Source: Candidatus Bathyarchaeota archaeon
Lineage (GTDB): Archaea; Thermoproteota; Bathyarchaeia; Bathyarchaeales; Bathycorpusculaceae
Direction: 5' to 3'
Length of the DNA: 64,000 nucleotides
Assembly: GCA_963777155.1 (NCBI GenBank)
Contig: CAVZPM010000011.1
Span: forward strand, 1 to 64,000
In this document: piece by piece, positions 38,597 to 49,845 of the stretch
Layout of the letters: every line of letters begins with the position of its first letter
How positions within the stretch are numbered: the stretch's first letter is position 1
The notes under the pieces: generated by a model
Told to the model about the DNA's origin: nothing
The model's database searches: none
What the model saw: only the letters and a program-made list of their open reading frames with translations
Made by a program: the position numbers and the translations under genes

Positions 38597-41324
38597 TTCA
38601 ACAATGTTTTGCTTTGAAGCTTTGTTCGCAGGATAAACTGCGCCAATCACTGCAGTTAAGAGGGCAAGGAACAGTGTAATTGTGATGGCGTCAACGGGTA
38701 TTATGAAGGCCATTGGGAAACCAGCGACTCGCATGTAGCTAACTGTAACTCTGTGGAACATTAACCCCACAGTAATTCCCATCGCGAAACCTACCACGCC
38801 GAGGAATGTTGCTTCACCGATTATTGAGGTTATCACTTGGGCTTTGCTCATACCTTGGGATCTGAATATTCCGATTTCTCGGCGGCGCTCTGCTACATTC
38901 ATTATCATTATTGCGGCTACACCTATCCCTGCATTTAAAACAGCAAAGGCAACAACGGCGTAAAGTATGTAAAATATTTGGTCAATAGAACTCTTTACGC
39001 GTTGAACCGCATCATTGTATGTGGTTATGCTTAGCTTGTATTCTTTTCCATAGGAGTCTTGTATGTTATTTTTGGTTTGTTCGATGTTTGCGTTCTGGTC
39101 AATTTTTACGAAGAAGATATTTGCTGTGTCGTTGTAATCAGTAAAAGAAGTGGGAAACGTTTCGTTAAGATTACTATAAGAAATATAGGATGCTTCTGAA
39201 AGCATAAAGTTCCCGAAGGACATTATGTCCAGCCAAGCTCCCTGTGCAATGCCAACAACAGTGAAATTTTTCCAAGCAAGAACTGGCACAGTGTAATTGT
39301 AATGTACCACAACTTGTTGAGGCCCATAGGGGGTGGAGATTTCTACAACTTGGTCTGCTACGCGGTTTTCGTAATCTAGGTATCGGATTTTCACTTCATT
39401 GCCGACTGAGGCGTTGAGTGAATTAGCTAGCGGGGAAGTCAAAATTATTGTGTTAGGGTCGTTTAGTTTATCGAAAACATTTGATGGTGTGTCATCGCTA
39501 AAAGTCATTAACATAACTTTGGGATAAGAATACGTGTCAATCGCAAGTACAGTTGAGGAAGAATTTATTGGTGTAGAAGATGCGTTATTTTGTATTATGG
39601 TTTGGTCAGGAACTACAAGAAGCGGCGTAGTGGCGTTTACTGTTGAGAGATTTGTGATATTATCGGCAAAAGATTTTTGGTATCCTGCCATCGGAGATAA
39701 CCGTCAAATCTGAGCTTGAAAAAGAACGAATTACATTTTCAACGCCGGCTACTGTGCCGACTTGTGCTCCGCTCATGACTACAACTAAGCTCAATGACAT
39801 ACCGATGAGTGCGAAACAAATGGTGCTTCTAAGGAGGTTACGTTCTACGTTTCGCGAAATAATTTTTCTAGTTTTGCCGAATCCGAATAGGCTGCGTTCT
39901 ATTACTGGACCGCCGCTCCTCAGTAAGCCAGCTACAAGCAGGGTTACTCCAAGCATGGCTATTGGAGCAAGTGCTGATACCACGTATAGACCAATACCGT
40001 ATTGGGAGAATATGTCAAACCATACAAAGATGAATGCGCCAAAAATTGTGAGAGGTAATCCAATTAGAACAAGTTTTATTGCTGTTCTTTGTTTACCTGG
40101 TTTTCTCATCGATGGACGTAGAGCATTGATTATATCTGTTCTACATGCTGATAATGATGGAAAAAGTCCGCCTATCATTACTGTCAGTAAACCTGCTGCA
40201 GCGCCTAGGATAAGATGCTGTCCAGTTGTTGACGGCAAAACAAATTTGAATTCGATTCCTGGTGAGAAGGGTTGGAAGATTTTGGAGGTTAAATAGCGGA
40301 AAATGTCTGTTACAAATAATCCTAGAACAAGCCCTATGGCTACGCCAATTAGTCCTAAGATGAGGCTTTCTGAGAAGAATATCCAGAAAATCTGTCTTGT
40401 TGAGGCGCCTTGCGAACGTAATATGCCGATTTCGTGGGTGCGCTCACCAATGTTCATGTACATAGTGTTTAGAACGATGACTATGGCGACACAAAGCGCC
40501 ATTACTGACATTATTTGTAGGCCACTTTGTAAACCCACAGTTGCTCTGCTTACGATCGCCAGAACGCTTTCTTTTACTGGGTTAACTATATAGTCGCTGC
40601 CTAATTTGTTGTTGAGGTCATTAACGATATTGGTTGTTTGTTTTGAATTCAGAAGTTTAATGCTAACAGAGTTGATTTTCTCTGTAGCGTTTAGCATCGT
40701 CTGAGCTTTTGTTAAGTCAACATAAACTCGGTATCCAGTATACCCTTGACCAAATACTCCTCCGTATTGATTTTCAAATTGACTGGAATGGTATAGGCCT
40801 ACGACTTTAAGAGTGTAGTTTTCTGATTGAAATGTTGGGAAAGAGCCGGTTTCAACAGTAATTTCAAATTCTTGCCCCATAGTGTAGTTTAGTCTGTCAT
40901 CAACTACTGCCTCTGAACTGTTGATTGGCAGATGCAATTGACCAGTGATGTTTGTTGCTAAAGAATCAGAATAGTCAAAGTCAGAGGTGGTGTTAACCCC
41001 TATTAGCGTAGTGCTAACCCAATCTTGAGGTTCAGAAGCGTTGGCTCGGCCATTTAGTCTTCCATAGTAATCTCCAATACCTGCTGTTTGGTTTATTGTG
41101 GTTAAAATTGTTTGGTTGAAGGGCAAATTTAAGCCTGATCTGACGCTTATGTCAACGTTTCCTATGGCTTGATTGACGGTGGAGCCGAATTGGTCATAGA
41201 CGCTGTCAAAAGCTATGTTGACGCCTACTATTAACGTAACACCCAGGATTACGGCAATAATTGTTAAGGAGTTACGGAGTTTACGCTTGGGAATGTTCCT
41301 TAAAGCTATTGTAGTAAAGGACAA
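38582..41324 (-). CDS. FtsX/MacB-like ABC exporter permease, duplicated type (frameshift near 39680)
   Basis: ERTHEIGILRSQGA and ERRREIGIFRSQGM motifs with extracellular loops. Confidence 0.88.
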
Positions 41325-41496
41325 AGGGGTTTCCTCCTTTCCCTGTTATAATGTGGATCAGTTTTCAGTTATTGAAAGTGGTATTTTGTTATATTTAAGA
41401 GTTAAATACTAAGATTTATATAGTAAATTTGGGGAGCGAGGAAGCTAATTGCTTCCTTAGTGATGCTTTGGCTTTGAAAGGGGTAGTTTGTAGAAG

Positions 41497-42492
41497 ATGT
41501 TTACGAACCTTAAAATCGGAACGTATGATTTTCTTGGAAAACGTGAATACTTCAAAAACAGACAATTGAAGAAACAGTGGACTTCAATGGCTCTCATCGG
41601 GGAGGATGGCGATGCTATTGAAACTGTAACTCGATGTCCCACGTGGTTTTCTTCTCTTATTTCGGGAGCAACAACTTATTTTCTTAGAGGTCAAGGTGTT
41701 GCTGGATTGGTTGATTTAGCTTATCCTATGGCGAATCCACTATTTGGTGATTTATTTGTTAGCCAATTTAAAATTGGCAAGGTCGATGCGACATTGGTGC
41801 CTAGTTTTGTGCCCCTTGCGGTTACAGAGGTAAAACCTCTCGAAAAGAGTGTCGTGGTGTCCTACAAGGGAATAGGTGGAGGACCTGATTTGATTAAATT
41901 AATGTCAAGTGGCGCTTTAAGTTGTACTGAACGACCTTCAAATCCAAATGGCAGAGCGTTTGATACTGAATATAGACTTTACAGGAAGGTTGTTATTGGT
42001 GTAGATGATACCGATTCAGCGGCTAAGGGTGCAACTTTTAACACAGCAGTGCAATTGGCTTCGATTCTAGATAGGGCATCTAGTGATTATCATTTTCTGA
42101 GGTTAACGTTGTCATTTAATTGGCCTGCTAATCCTGTAAAGACTACCAATAATGCCTCTTCAGGGTTGGTTTTTGCTGTTACTCCAGGAAAAGAAGAGGA
42201 GTTAATTCGAGATTTTGAAGGGTTAATTAGAAAACATTCGATTTCCAAGGAAACTGGAATGGTTGTTAATAAAAATGTTCGTGCACCTGAGGTTCTTAAG
42301 AATTATTCGAGGAAGGTTAAGAGAGAGCAAGTTAGTGTTTCTGAAGCGTTCAAAGCAGCAGAGCAAGCTGGTGTTAGAGCCATACCAATAACTGGTGAGC
42401 GGGGTTTAATTGGAGCGTTATCAGTGGTAGGTTTAGTTGATGATACTGAAGAGGCTATTACCCCAGTCACGAAGGATGTACCAGTTGGATAG
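41497..42492 (+). CDS. Mmp11 (methanogenesis marker 11) / TiaS N-domain-like protein
   Basis: YKGIGGG, VIGVDDTD...GAT, NPVKTTNN, GERGLIGAL. Confidence 0.7.
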   Translation: MFTNLKIGTYDFLGKREYFKNRQLKKQWTSMALIGEDGDAIETVTRCPTWFSSLISGATTYFLRGQGVAGLVDLAYPMANPLFGDLFVSQFKIGKVDATLVPSFVPLAVTEVKPLEKSVVVSYKGIGGGPDLIKLMSSGALSCTERPSNPNGRAFDTEYRLYRKVVIGVDDTDSAAKGATFNTAVQLASILDRASSDYHFLRLTLSFNWPANPVKTTNNASSGLVFAVTPGKEEELIRDFEGLIRKHSISKETGMVVNKNVRAPEVLKNYSRKVKREQVSVSEAFKAAEQAGVRAIPITGERGLIGALSVVGLVDDTEEAITPVTKDVPVG

Positions 42493-42501
42493 GTGTGTCA
42501 A

Positions 42502-43146
42502 ATGAGGTTTCCAAGAGGCAAATGGATAACCGCTGCCATAATCTACTTGTCTTGGCAAGTGGTTTTTTCTATAGCCGTTTCCCCTCTTGGTTTTGGGATT
42601 TTGTCAGCAAAACAGATGGGTTTTACTCTTGATACAGTGTGGCTTGGGCTTCTGGTTGCCGCTGTAGTGTTAGCTTTAACAACATTGCTTGCTCGAACAA
42701 GTTTGGCTTACGGTTTATACACTAAAGGTCTAAGGTACATTAAAACAAAAGAGGATTTTGAAAAATTCTGGAGTACTTCTCTTAGAGGATGTGACGATGG
42801 TGTAATAGCTGAAACACATTGGAGCGGTGCAGTATTGCCGCTTTTAATGGTGGGTTTCTCAGTTATAGGTATCCCTTTTCCGTTTAATGCGATTCCAGCT
42901 ATTTTTACTAGGTGGGGGATTCATGTAGGGGCGCATATGGCTTTTCCAAAGGAAAAGTCTGGTGAGCGAATGTTTGGTGGCATGAACTTTATCGCTAAAG
43001 GTCTTGCCTATGAGGATACTGTGGCCTCAATTAGTTTTCTGTTATCAGGGAACATTATTGCACCAGTATTACTCCATCATTTAGGCGCTTACATTTCGAC
43101 TTTTGCTGGGAACAAAGAGCGGATTGCAAAACACATAGGTTTATGA
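42502..43146 (+). CDS. divergent CPBP/Abi intramembrane metalloprotease-like protein
   Basis: polytopic; GVIAETHW, HVGAH, SGNIIAPVLLHH. Confidence 0.55.
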   Translation: MRFPRGKWITAAIIYLSWQVVFSIAVSPLGFGILSAKQMGFTLDTVWLGLLVAAVVLALTTLLARTSLAYGLYTKGLRYIKTKEDFEKFWSTSLRGCDDGVIAETHWSGAVLPLLMVGFSVIGIPFPFNAIPAIFTRWGIHVGAHMAFPKEKSGERMFGGMNFIAKGLAYEDTVASISFLLSGNIIAPVLLHHLGAYISTFAGNKERIAKHIGL

Positions 43147-43158
43147 TCCTAAGAAGAG

Positions 43159-44351
43159 ATGGTTAAAATGAAAACGAAACCAATAATGCTTCTGTTAATT
43201 CTTTCTATAAGTTGCTTTTTCTTAGTACAGCAACCGAATACTAAGGCTCAGTCTAGCTCCAACATTGTAGACGTTCCATTGACTTTTCACAGTCATTCTT
43301 TGCTTCTTAGAGATCCAAATGGTTCCTTTTGTGTTTACGATGGAGCTGATGGTGCCGCACCTACCTCGGCGACTCCGACACAAACAAATTTAGTGGCACA
43401 AATTTCGGGTCAACAGTCTGGTTTCAGTTACTGGTCTGCCAGTATCCTCTGGACAATTAAGCTGCAAAGCGATTTACATGTTGTAGGTACTGTTAACGTC
43501 AAAGCTTACATTAGTAGCACCTTTCAACTAAGCGGATTATTCAGCGGCGGAGGATACGGAATGGGGTTGGTTGATATTGACGAGAACAACAATGAAATCA
43601 AACAATTCATAACGCAAGGTCCAATATCAATCGGTAGTAACCCCTTTACTGCCTCACCTGCGGAGTACAGCCTAAATACTAATGTTGATTATATTTTTAA
43701 GAAGGATCACTCGATAGGTTTTGCCGTTGGCTTAGGCGCAACGGTTCAAGGGTTCACTGCGACAGTATTTTTTGACTCCTTAGACAGAAACTCAGGGGCT
43801 ACATTACCTGTTGAAGACAAATCGCAAAGCAACAGTTTCACCGCTATCACGAACGGCACCTCACAAAACATTGTAGTTGTAAGTGACTCAGCTATCTCGA
43901 ACTACGAATTCAATTCCGCTTCAAATAGCATTCGGTTTAAAGCTCAAGGAATCAACTTCACCACAGGATACTGCTACGCTAGTGCTTCCAAAAACACTCA
44001 TGCAAACACCATTCACAGTAACCTCAGGTTCCCACACAATAACAGCAACTTTAACTGAAAACTCAACCTACTACCAACTCTACTTCACTCATGCACGTGA
44101 TTCCAACCCCATTCAAATAACTGGGAGATCCATTTCTACTCAACCAACAACTCAACCCACAACATCAACGATGCCATCATTGTCGACGACTCCAGTGACG
44201 ACCTCTCCAGGTGAAACATCAGCAACTTCACCAGATGCGAGCTCACAACAAGGATCAATTCCAGAATACCAACTTCTAGCTCATCCCCGTGATTATAATT
44301 GCAGCTGCCGCAGTATTTGCAGTAATACTAAAGAAAAAGCTCAAAAAATGA
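43159..44351 (+). CDS. secreted surface protein with a Ser/Thr linker and PEF-CTERM-like sorting signal (2 frameshifts)
   Basis: signal peptide; IPEY, then in a shifted frame LIPVIIIAAAAVFAVILKKKLKK*. Confidence 0.65.
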
Positions 44352-44387
44352 AACGCAGCCTATTTTTTACTTTTTCTAAAGGAAAGG

Positions 44388-44561
44388 CAAGAGATTTGTA
44401 CAGCACTTCCCATAACGGTGAACGGAATAGCAAAAGTAAACCGCATGTCTGAAGACGTGGCAGAGTTTGTTAAGGGTTTAGGATATAAGACGATTGAGTC
44501 ACACATGGTGTATATTCATCGGTCTTTAACACGTGAAATAATGGTTTACGAAAAAACTTAG
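44388..44561 (+). pseudogene. trm11: second copy of the trm11 3' end (no 5' part)
   Basis: QEICTALPITVNG...IESHMVYIHRSLTREIMVYEKT*, 37/57 aa identical to the Trm11 C-terminus (manual count). Confidence 0.9.
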
Positions 44562-44682
44562 CTTCCTGAAGTTAATTGCCCTGGTGGCAGGTACAAGGGA
44601 GTTGAAAACTGCGATGCTATCTCTTTAATTTGAACGGTTAAAAGCCTTACGATTATACTCTGCGCTGAGGTGGGGCACCAAA

Positions 44683-45123
44683 TTATTTCAGATAGATATC
44701 CAGATTTGTTTCTCCTACTGTAAGCTCAGGAAATGTCGCGATCAGCTGTTTTGCTAATTCAGCTATTATCATTTTAACTCCCTCTGTTTTCTCAACTTCA
44801 ATCTTTGGATAAAGCCTAACGACAACTCCATCGTTTCTTCCAGATATCATTGTAAGGAAAACGGTCTTCTTGCCAGCATCAATAGCTAACGAATCTATAA
44901 GTATCACGTTTTTTTCTCGCTCAAGATAAACATCCGTTGTCTTTAGAATGCTGTTTTCATTTCTCATCATCAACGGTTTTAATTCTTTGAAAATGTCCTC
45001 GATTGCAGCTTCACCATTTAAAACAACATGAGGCAAAACAACTCCTCCATTTTTAAAATGATAAGGGGAAGCAAATATTAGATTTTCCAATCTTAAAAAC
45101 AAATAACCAAACAAACAACACAA
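44683..45123 (-). CDS. conserved-looking hypothetical protein
   Basis: likely starts at LPHVVL after a GGAGG RBS; VVVRLYP..EKTEGVK. Confidence 0.6.
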   Translation of the reverse strand: MCCLFGYLFLRLENLIFASPYHFKNGGVVLPHVVLNGEAAIEDIFKELKPLMMRNENSILKTTDVYLEREKNVILIDSLAIDAGKKTVFLTMISGRNDGVVVRLYPKIEVEKTEGVKMIIAELAKQLIATFPELTVGETNLDIYLK

Positions 45124-45207
45124 GACGTGGCTAGATAAGAAGGCTTAAGAAACAGGCACACCTCTCCTTTTTCAATCATCAACTCGAGAGCATATCGAGG
45201 GCGTTAG

Positions 45208-46191
45208 ATGAGGGAATTCTCGAAACCTGTTGTAGTAGTTTCAAAATGTATTACTTTTGAACCTGTTAGATGGAATGGCCAAATAATAGCTAGCGAATTC
45301 GTGGAAAAACTTAAGCCCTATGTAAATTTTATCCCTGTTTGTCCAGAAGTTGAAATAGGACTTGGCGTGCCCCGCGACCCTGTCAGAATAGTATTAGTAA
45401 ACGGAGAAAAAAAACTCCTGCAACCAGCAACAGGTTTCGACTTCACAGACAAAATGACAAAGTTCTCGGAGTCTTTCTTGGATTCCTTGGATGCAGTTGA
45501 CGGTTTCATACTCAAGAGTGTCTCTCCGAGCAGTGGTTTTAAAAATGTAAAAGTTTATCCAAGCATCGAAAGAGTCTCGTCAATAGAGAAAGCCCCTGGC
45601 TTCTTTGGGGGAGCAGTTCTTCAGAAATTTCCAAATTTGGCAATTGAAGATGAGCGCCGCCTGCTTAATCCAAGGATAAGAGAACATTTTCTTACGAAAC
45701 TTTTCACTTTAGCTAGTTTTAGAGAAGTAAAAAAATCTGGGAAAATCAGAGATCTGGTCAAATTTCAATCCGATAACAAATACTTGTTTACGGCTTACAA
45801 TCAAACAGAGCTAAGAATCTTGGGAAAGTTGGTGGCAAACCAGGAACACAAAGCTTTTGATGAAACAATGATGAGTTATGAGACTCACTTGTATTCTGCT
45901 TTGGCGCGTACTCCCAGTGCTGGCGCGAACATAAATGTCATGTTAAAGATAATGGGTTATTTCTCACATCAACTTTCAAAGGATGAGAAATCCTTCTTCC
46001 TTAATTCTGTCGATAATTACAGGGCAGGAAGGTTGCCCTTGAGTGCATGCTTGAACGTTTTGAAGGCTTGGATAGTTAGGTTCAAACAAGAATACTTATC
46101 GAGTCAGACTGTGCTTGAACCTTATCCTGAACAGCTTGCAGAACTGGAAACTGTTTTCTCAGAGGTTGATGGAAAGAACTATTGGAAATAG
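45208..46191 (+). CDS. YbgA-like DUF523/DUF1722 protein
   Basis: VSKC...VRWNG, CPEVEIGLGVPR, KSVSPSSG, EDERRL, IMGYFS. Confidence 0.88.
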   Translation: MREFSKPVVVVSKCITFEPVRWNGQIIASEFVEKLKPYVNFIPVCPEVEIGLGVPRDPVRIVLVNGEKKLLQPATGFDFTDKMTKFSESFLDSLDAVDGFILKSVSPSSGFKNVKVYPSIERVSSIEKAPGFFGGAVLQKFPNLAIEDERRLLNPRIREHFLTKLFTLASFREVKKSGKIRDLVKFQSDNKYLFTAYNQTELRILGKLVANQEHKAFDETMMSYETHLYSALARTPSAGANINVMLKIMGYFSHQLSKDEKSFFLNSVDNYRAGRLPLSACLNVLKAWIVRFKQEYLSSQTVLEPYPEQLAELETVFSEVDGKNYWK

Positions 46192-46213
46192 AAAACATGA
46201 ATGAATAGGCAAC

Positions 46214-47135
46214 TTAATCAAAGTTATTTTTCAAAAAATTGTGCACTCGCTCGTCTTTTATTGCCAAGTTAATTGCTTTGATGGCGCTTTTTTCTTTATC
46301 TTTGATCTCCAACATTATATCGAAGTCGAAGGGTTCAGTTTCTTTCAATAACAGGTCAAAATCTTCTATATCAATTGTCTCGGAATGTTGTCTTGGCAAT
46401 CCATTAGGTTCTTGAGAGCTGTAGTCAACCATTGGAATTCCATCTCTTTTTTCATTCCATGTCTTTGTAGTAAGCTTGAAAGATTCCTCAGTTGTCTGGT
46501 TCCCTGAATTGTTGAGTTTGTGATGAAAGACATCAAAAAGAATTGGAATTTGGATTTGTGCATTTATTTTTAGGCAGTCGTTCAAATCGTACAAGTTTAT
46601 CGTCGTTCTCGATTACTAAGCGGCGAATTATTGAATCATCAAGCACACCGAATCTTGTTACAAATCTCTCCATGCTTTTCTCTTTGTCTCCGTAAGCTCC
46701 GCCGACGTGGATTTGAATCTTTGCCGATGTATCTAGTTTCATCAAGTCAAGTATTTGGGCGTGATATTTGAGTTCATTTTTGCTTCTTTCGAAAATATCC
46801 TCTTTAATTGAGTTAATTAGGGTGAACTGGTCTGGATGCATTGAGATTCGCATTCTATTTTTGGTAATGAACTCGCCGATTTCTTCAAACTCTTCTTGGA
46901 AATGCTCTTGCCAGTTGAACTTATTTATTGGATGAGACGCAAAAGGGACTAAGTCTGAGGAAATTCTAAAAAAGAATAGCCTATGCTCAAGATTGAACTG
47001 CAAGATTCTTCTCAAGCAGTCTAGGTTATTTTTCACTGTCTGCTTAAGTCGGGTTTCAGAGTAAGATTTTAGCCGAAAAGTGCTGTTTGCGGTGCAGTCA
47101 ATAGTTCTATTGATACAAGGATAACCTATTCTCAT
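46214..47135 (-). CDS. uvsE: UV DNA damage endonuclease (frameshift near 46595)
   Basis: GYPCIN, FFRISSDL, SMHPDQF, IHVGG, END, FDVFHH, MLEIKDKE. Confidence 0.92.
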
Positions 47136-47276
47136 TACTCATCCTTCTTCCTTAAACTTAATTGATCATCTGTCTTAAAGCTCTCCATTTTCGTAGTCAA
47201 CGCAGAATAATCTTGCCTGGATGATGAGTACTCTAAAAAAGGAGAAGGGATAATTTAGTAATTGCTGGTGTTAGAA

Positions 47277-47750
47277 ATGACGAAGGTAGAGATGCCGAAA
47301 ATGAAAGAAAACGAGATCGAAGAACTAATTAGAGAACAATTCCTTTGTCGAATAGCTTTCAAAGGTGACTTGCAGCCTTACATCGCTCCTTTTCAATACG
47401 CTTATGTTAATGGTATTCTTTACTTTCATTTCACTGATTATGGGAAGAAGATGAGTTTTTTCAAGCAAGAAACTCCAGTTTGCGTGGAAATTGAACGATA
47501 TACTCCAAATCTTAGCGAATATGGGTTCGTGGTGCTTACTGGAAAACTAAGATTGGTGGAGAATCGAGAAGAAAGGAAACTGGCTATTGAAAAGATGGCT
47601 GAAGTGGGCAAACAGAAAATTTCAAAAAACTTTCTGTTGGCTCATGGCTTTTCCATGGGTTCCGATTGGAGCGATTTTACTGTAGACAAACCGATTTTGA
47701 TAATAAAGCTTGATGAAGTGACTGAAAAGATAGGGCTCAAGTCACCTTAG
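47277..47750 (+). CDS. pyridoxamine 5'-phosphate oxidase-like flavin-binding protein
   Basis: CRIAF..PYIAP..LYFH...GKK...VCVEI. Confidence 0.8.
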   Translation: MTKVEMPKMKENEIEELIREQFLCRIAFKGDLQPYIAPFQYAYVNGILYFHFTDYGKKMSFFKQETPVCVEIERYTPNLSEYGFVVLTGKLRLVENREERKLAIEKMAEVGKQKISKNFLLAHGFSMGSDWSDFTVDKPILIIKLDEVTEKIGLKSP

Positions 47751-47883
47751 CTTACCACTAAAACTATTGTAAGCCAGAGCTCGCAAACTAAAATTTGTGC
47801 ATTATCATATTTCAAAAGAGCGCAAAAGTATTTGAGAATCAAGTTTTGACTTATTGATGAATGTTCTTGCAGGAGCTATGACC

Positions 47884-48765
47884 ATGAACGAAATGAAAGG
47901 GAAAATATGCATTATAACTGGGAGTAATTCTGGAATAGGGAAAGAAACTGCAATAAGTTTGGCAGAGATGAGTGCATCCGTTGTCATGGTCGTGCGTGAT
48001 CAAGAACGAGGTGAGAAAGCTCGAAGAGAAATAGTCAAACAAACCGGAAACAATTCAATCGATTTAATGATCTGTGACTTATCTTCTATGGATTCAATCA
48101 GGCGCTTCGCAAAGGAATTCAAAAGGAAATACGACAGACTCGATGTGCTAGTTAACAATGCTGGAGCGATATTCAATAAGCGAGAGGTTACTTCAGAGGG
48201 CTTTGAACGAACCCTTGCCGTTAATTATTTAGGGCCGTTCCTGCTCACGCATGAGCTGCTGGATTTGCTGAAATCAAGTGCTCCTTCCAGAATAATCAAT
48301 GTAAGTTCTGGACTTGCCAAAAATGGCAAGGTAGATCTTGAAGATCTCCAGAGTGAAAAGAACTATGCGGGAACGAAAGCTTATGCACGCGTGCGGGCAC
48401 CAGTTTACGCTAACACTAAACTGATGCTAATGATGTTCACTTATGAACTAGCTAGGCGGCTGAAAGGATCAGGGGTAACAGCAAACGTGCTCATGCCTGG
48501 TTTTGTAGCAACAAATCTTGGGAAAAACAGTGGCAGACTAAGTTCGTCTCTTATGTTCAAAATGGTCCGTCCAATGCAGGTAAGTGCCAAGAAGGGAGCG
48601 GAAACGTCTGTTTACTTAGCCTCCTCAGACGACGTAAGGGATGTAACCGGAAAATGCTTGGTTAAGAAAAAGGAAGTAATGACTTGCCCTGCATCATACG
48701 ATGAAGGACTGCAAAAACACTTGTGGAAAAAGACGGAGAGCATGCTCGGATTAGCTCCGGAATAG
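47884..48765 (+). CDS. SDR oxidoreductase of the retinol dehydrogenase/WWOX-like subfamily
   Basis: TGSNSGIG, CDLSS, NNAG, NYLGPFLLT, YANTK, GAETSVYLA. Confidence 0.85.
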   Translation: MNEMKGKICIITGSNSGIGKETAISLAEMSASVVMVVRDQERGEKARREIVKQTGNNSIDLMICDLSSMDSIRRFAKEFKRKYDRLDVLVNNAGAIFNKREVTSEGFERTLAVNYLGPFLLTHELLDLLKSSAPSRIINVSSGLAKNGKVDLEDLQSEKNYAGTKAYARVRAPVYANTKLMLMMFTYELARRLKGSGVTANVLMPGFVATNLGKNSGRLSSSLMFKMVRPMQVSAKKGAETSVYLASSDDVRDVTGKCLVKKKEVMTCPASYDEGLQKHLWKKTESMLGLAPE

Positions 48766-48809
48766 AAAAGGGGAGCGTTAGGACTAAACATAAGAAATAT
48801 TAGTTTAAT

Positions 48810-49091
48810 TTGAAAGCAGTAGATATGGAGAAAACAGAAATGACCAAAGGGAAATTAGAGAAAACAATTGTCGATCCCTACTTACCCAGCAAGATTGTTC
48901 CTCCTGAGTATATTCGGGATGTTTTGCATGAAGCAAATAACGATTTTCCATCAATTGAGTTTGAATATGAACTACCCCACAAATGGAAAGACGAAGAGTA
49001 CAAGAATCGATACGAGGAATTGGAGCGCCAAATGATGGAAGTTTTAAACTGGCGGTCTCGTTGGTTCGGAAAGCTGGATGCAAACAAATAG
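48810..49091 (+). CDS. hypothetical protein
   Basis: 93 aa ORF co-oriented with the SDR gene. Confidence 0.5.
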   Translation: MKAVDMEKTEMTKGKLEKTIVDPYLPSKIVPPEYIRDVLHEANNDFPSIEFEYELPHKWKDEEYKNRYEELERQMMEVLNWRSRWFGKLDANK

Positions 49092-49138
49092 GCGAAACGC
49101 AGCTTTATTTTTAAACTCGACTAATATGCTTAAAGAAA

Positions 49139-49645
49139 TCAGTTCACGTTGAGTGTTTGCCGTGGGATGTAGCCTATTTTTTTCAAGGACATGTCGATGA
49201 ATTCGATCTTCTCAGGCTCAACTCTTACTAGTTCTACCCCTGTCTCTGGGAATGTCTTAAGGCCAAGTTCCCTAGCAGTTTTTTCCCATTGATATGCTGC
49301 CAAGCCTTCTTTAAATTCGATCGAGTTCTCTCTGAAAATTATCTTTGCTTTTCCTGTGATTTGTGCTCCTTTGGCGCTGTCCCAACCTTTGTATGGGAAG
49401 AAAATGCCGATGCTGACGTTGGGGTTCTTCTTCATATTTTCCAGTTTTGTGCCTGGTTCACCCACGAAGTAAATAGTGATTCCTTTGGAGCGATACTCAA
49501 TCGGTGTAGCCCTAGGACGCCCATCGCCACATGTCGCAAGCACACACATATTCTGTGCCTTAAGAAACTCAATAATGCGCTCCTCCAAAACTTTGGTTGG
49601 CATGGATTTCTTAACGAATGTTTGACCTCTTGATTCAGAACTCAT
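49139..49645 (-). CDS. pyridoxamine 5'-phosphate oxidase-like protein
   Basis: CVLATC.DGRPRATP, K..NMKKNPNVS, QITGKA. Confidence 0.85.
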   Translation of the reverse strand: MSSESRGQTFVKKSMPTKVLEERIIEFLKAQNMCVLATCGDGRPRATPIEYRSKGITIYFVGEPGTKLENMKKNPNVSIGIFFPYKGWDSAKGAQITGKAKIIFRENSIEFKEGLAAYQWEKTARELGLKTFPETGVELVRVEPEKIEFIDMSLKKIGYIPRQTLNVN

Positions 49646-49845
49646 AACACTACACCCTACATTTTCTTATTTAGCAATTTTTTCTATTTAGGGATAGCGA
49701 TTCCGAATGGACTCGCAGGATTATTCGCACTGCTAACCTATCTACAAAAAGTAAACAGACTCTAAATCAAAGGTATTGCGTCGTCTGTCACAAAAAGAAG
49801 CCTTTTAGCCTTAGAAAGCAGCTTAATGAATAGGAGAAGGTGTAA

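Larger units (their letters stand above)
34881..44387. mobile_element. island A inserted at the trm11 3' end (supplies the current 3' end)
   Basis: bounded by trm11 3' copies starting at 34881 and 44388; accessory cargo; no integrase seen. Confidence 0.65.
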
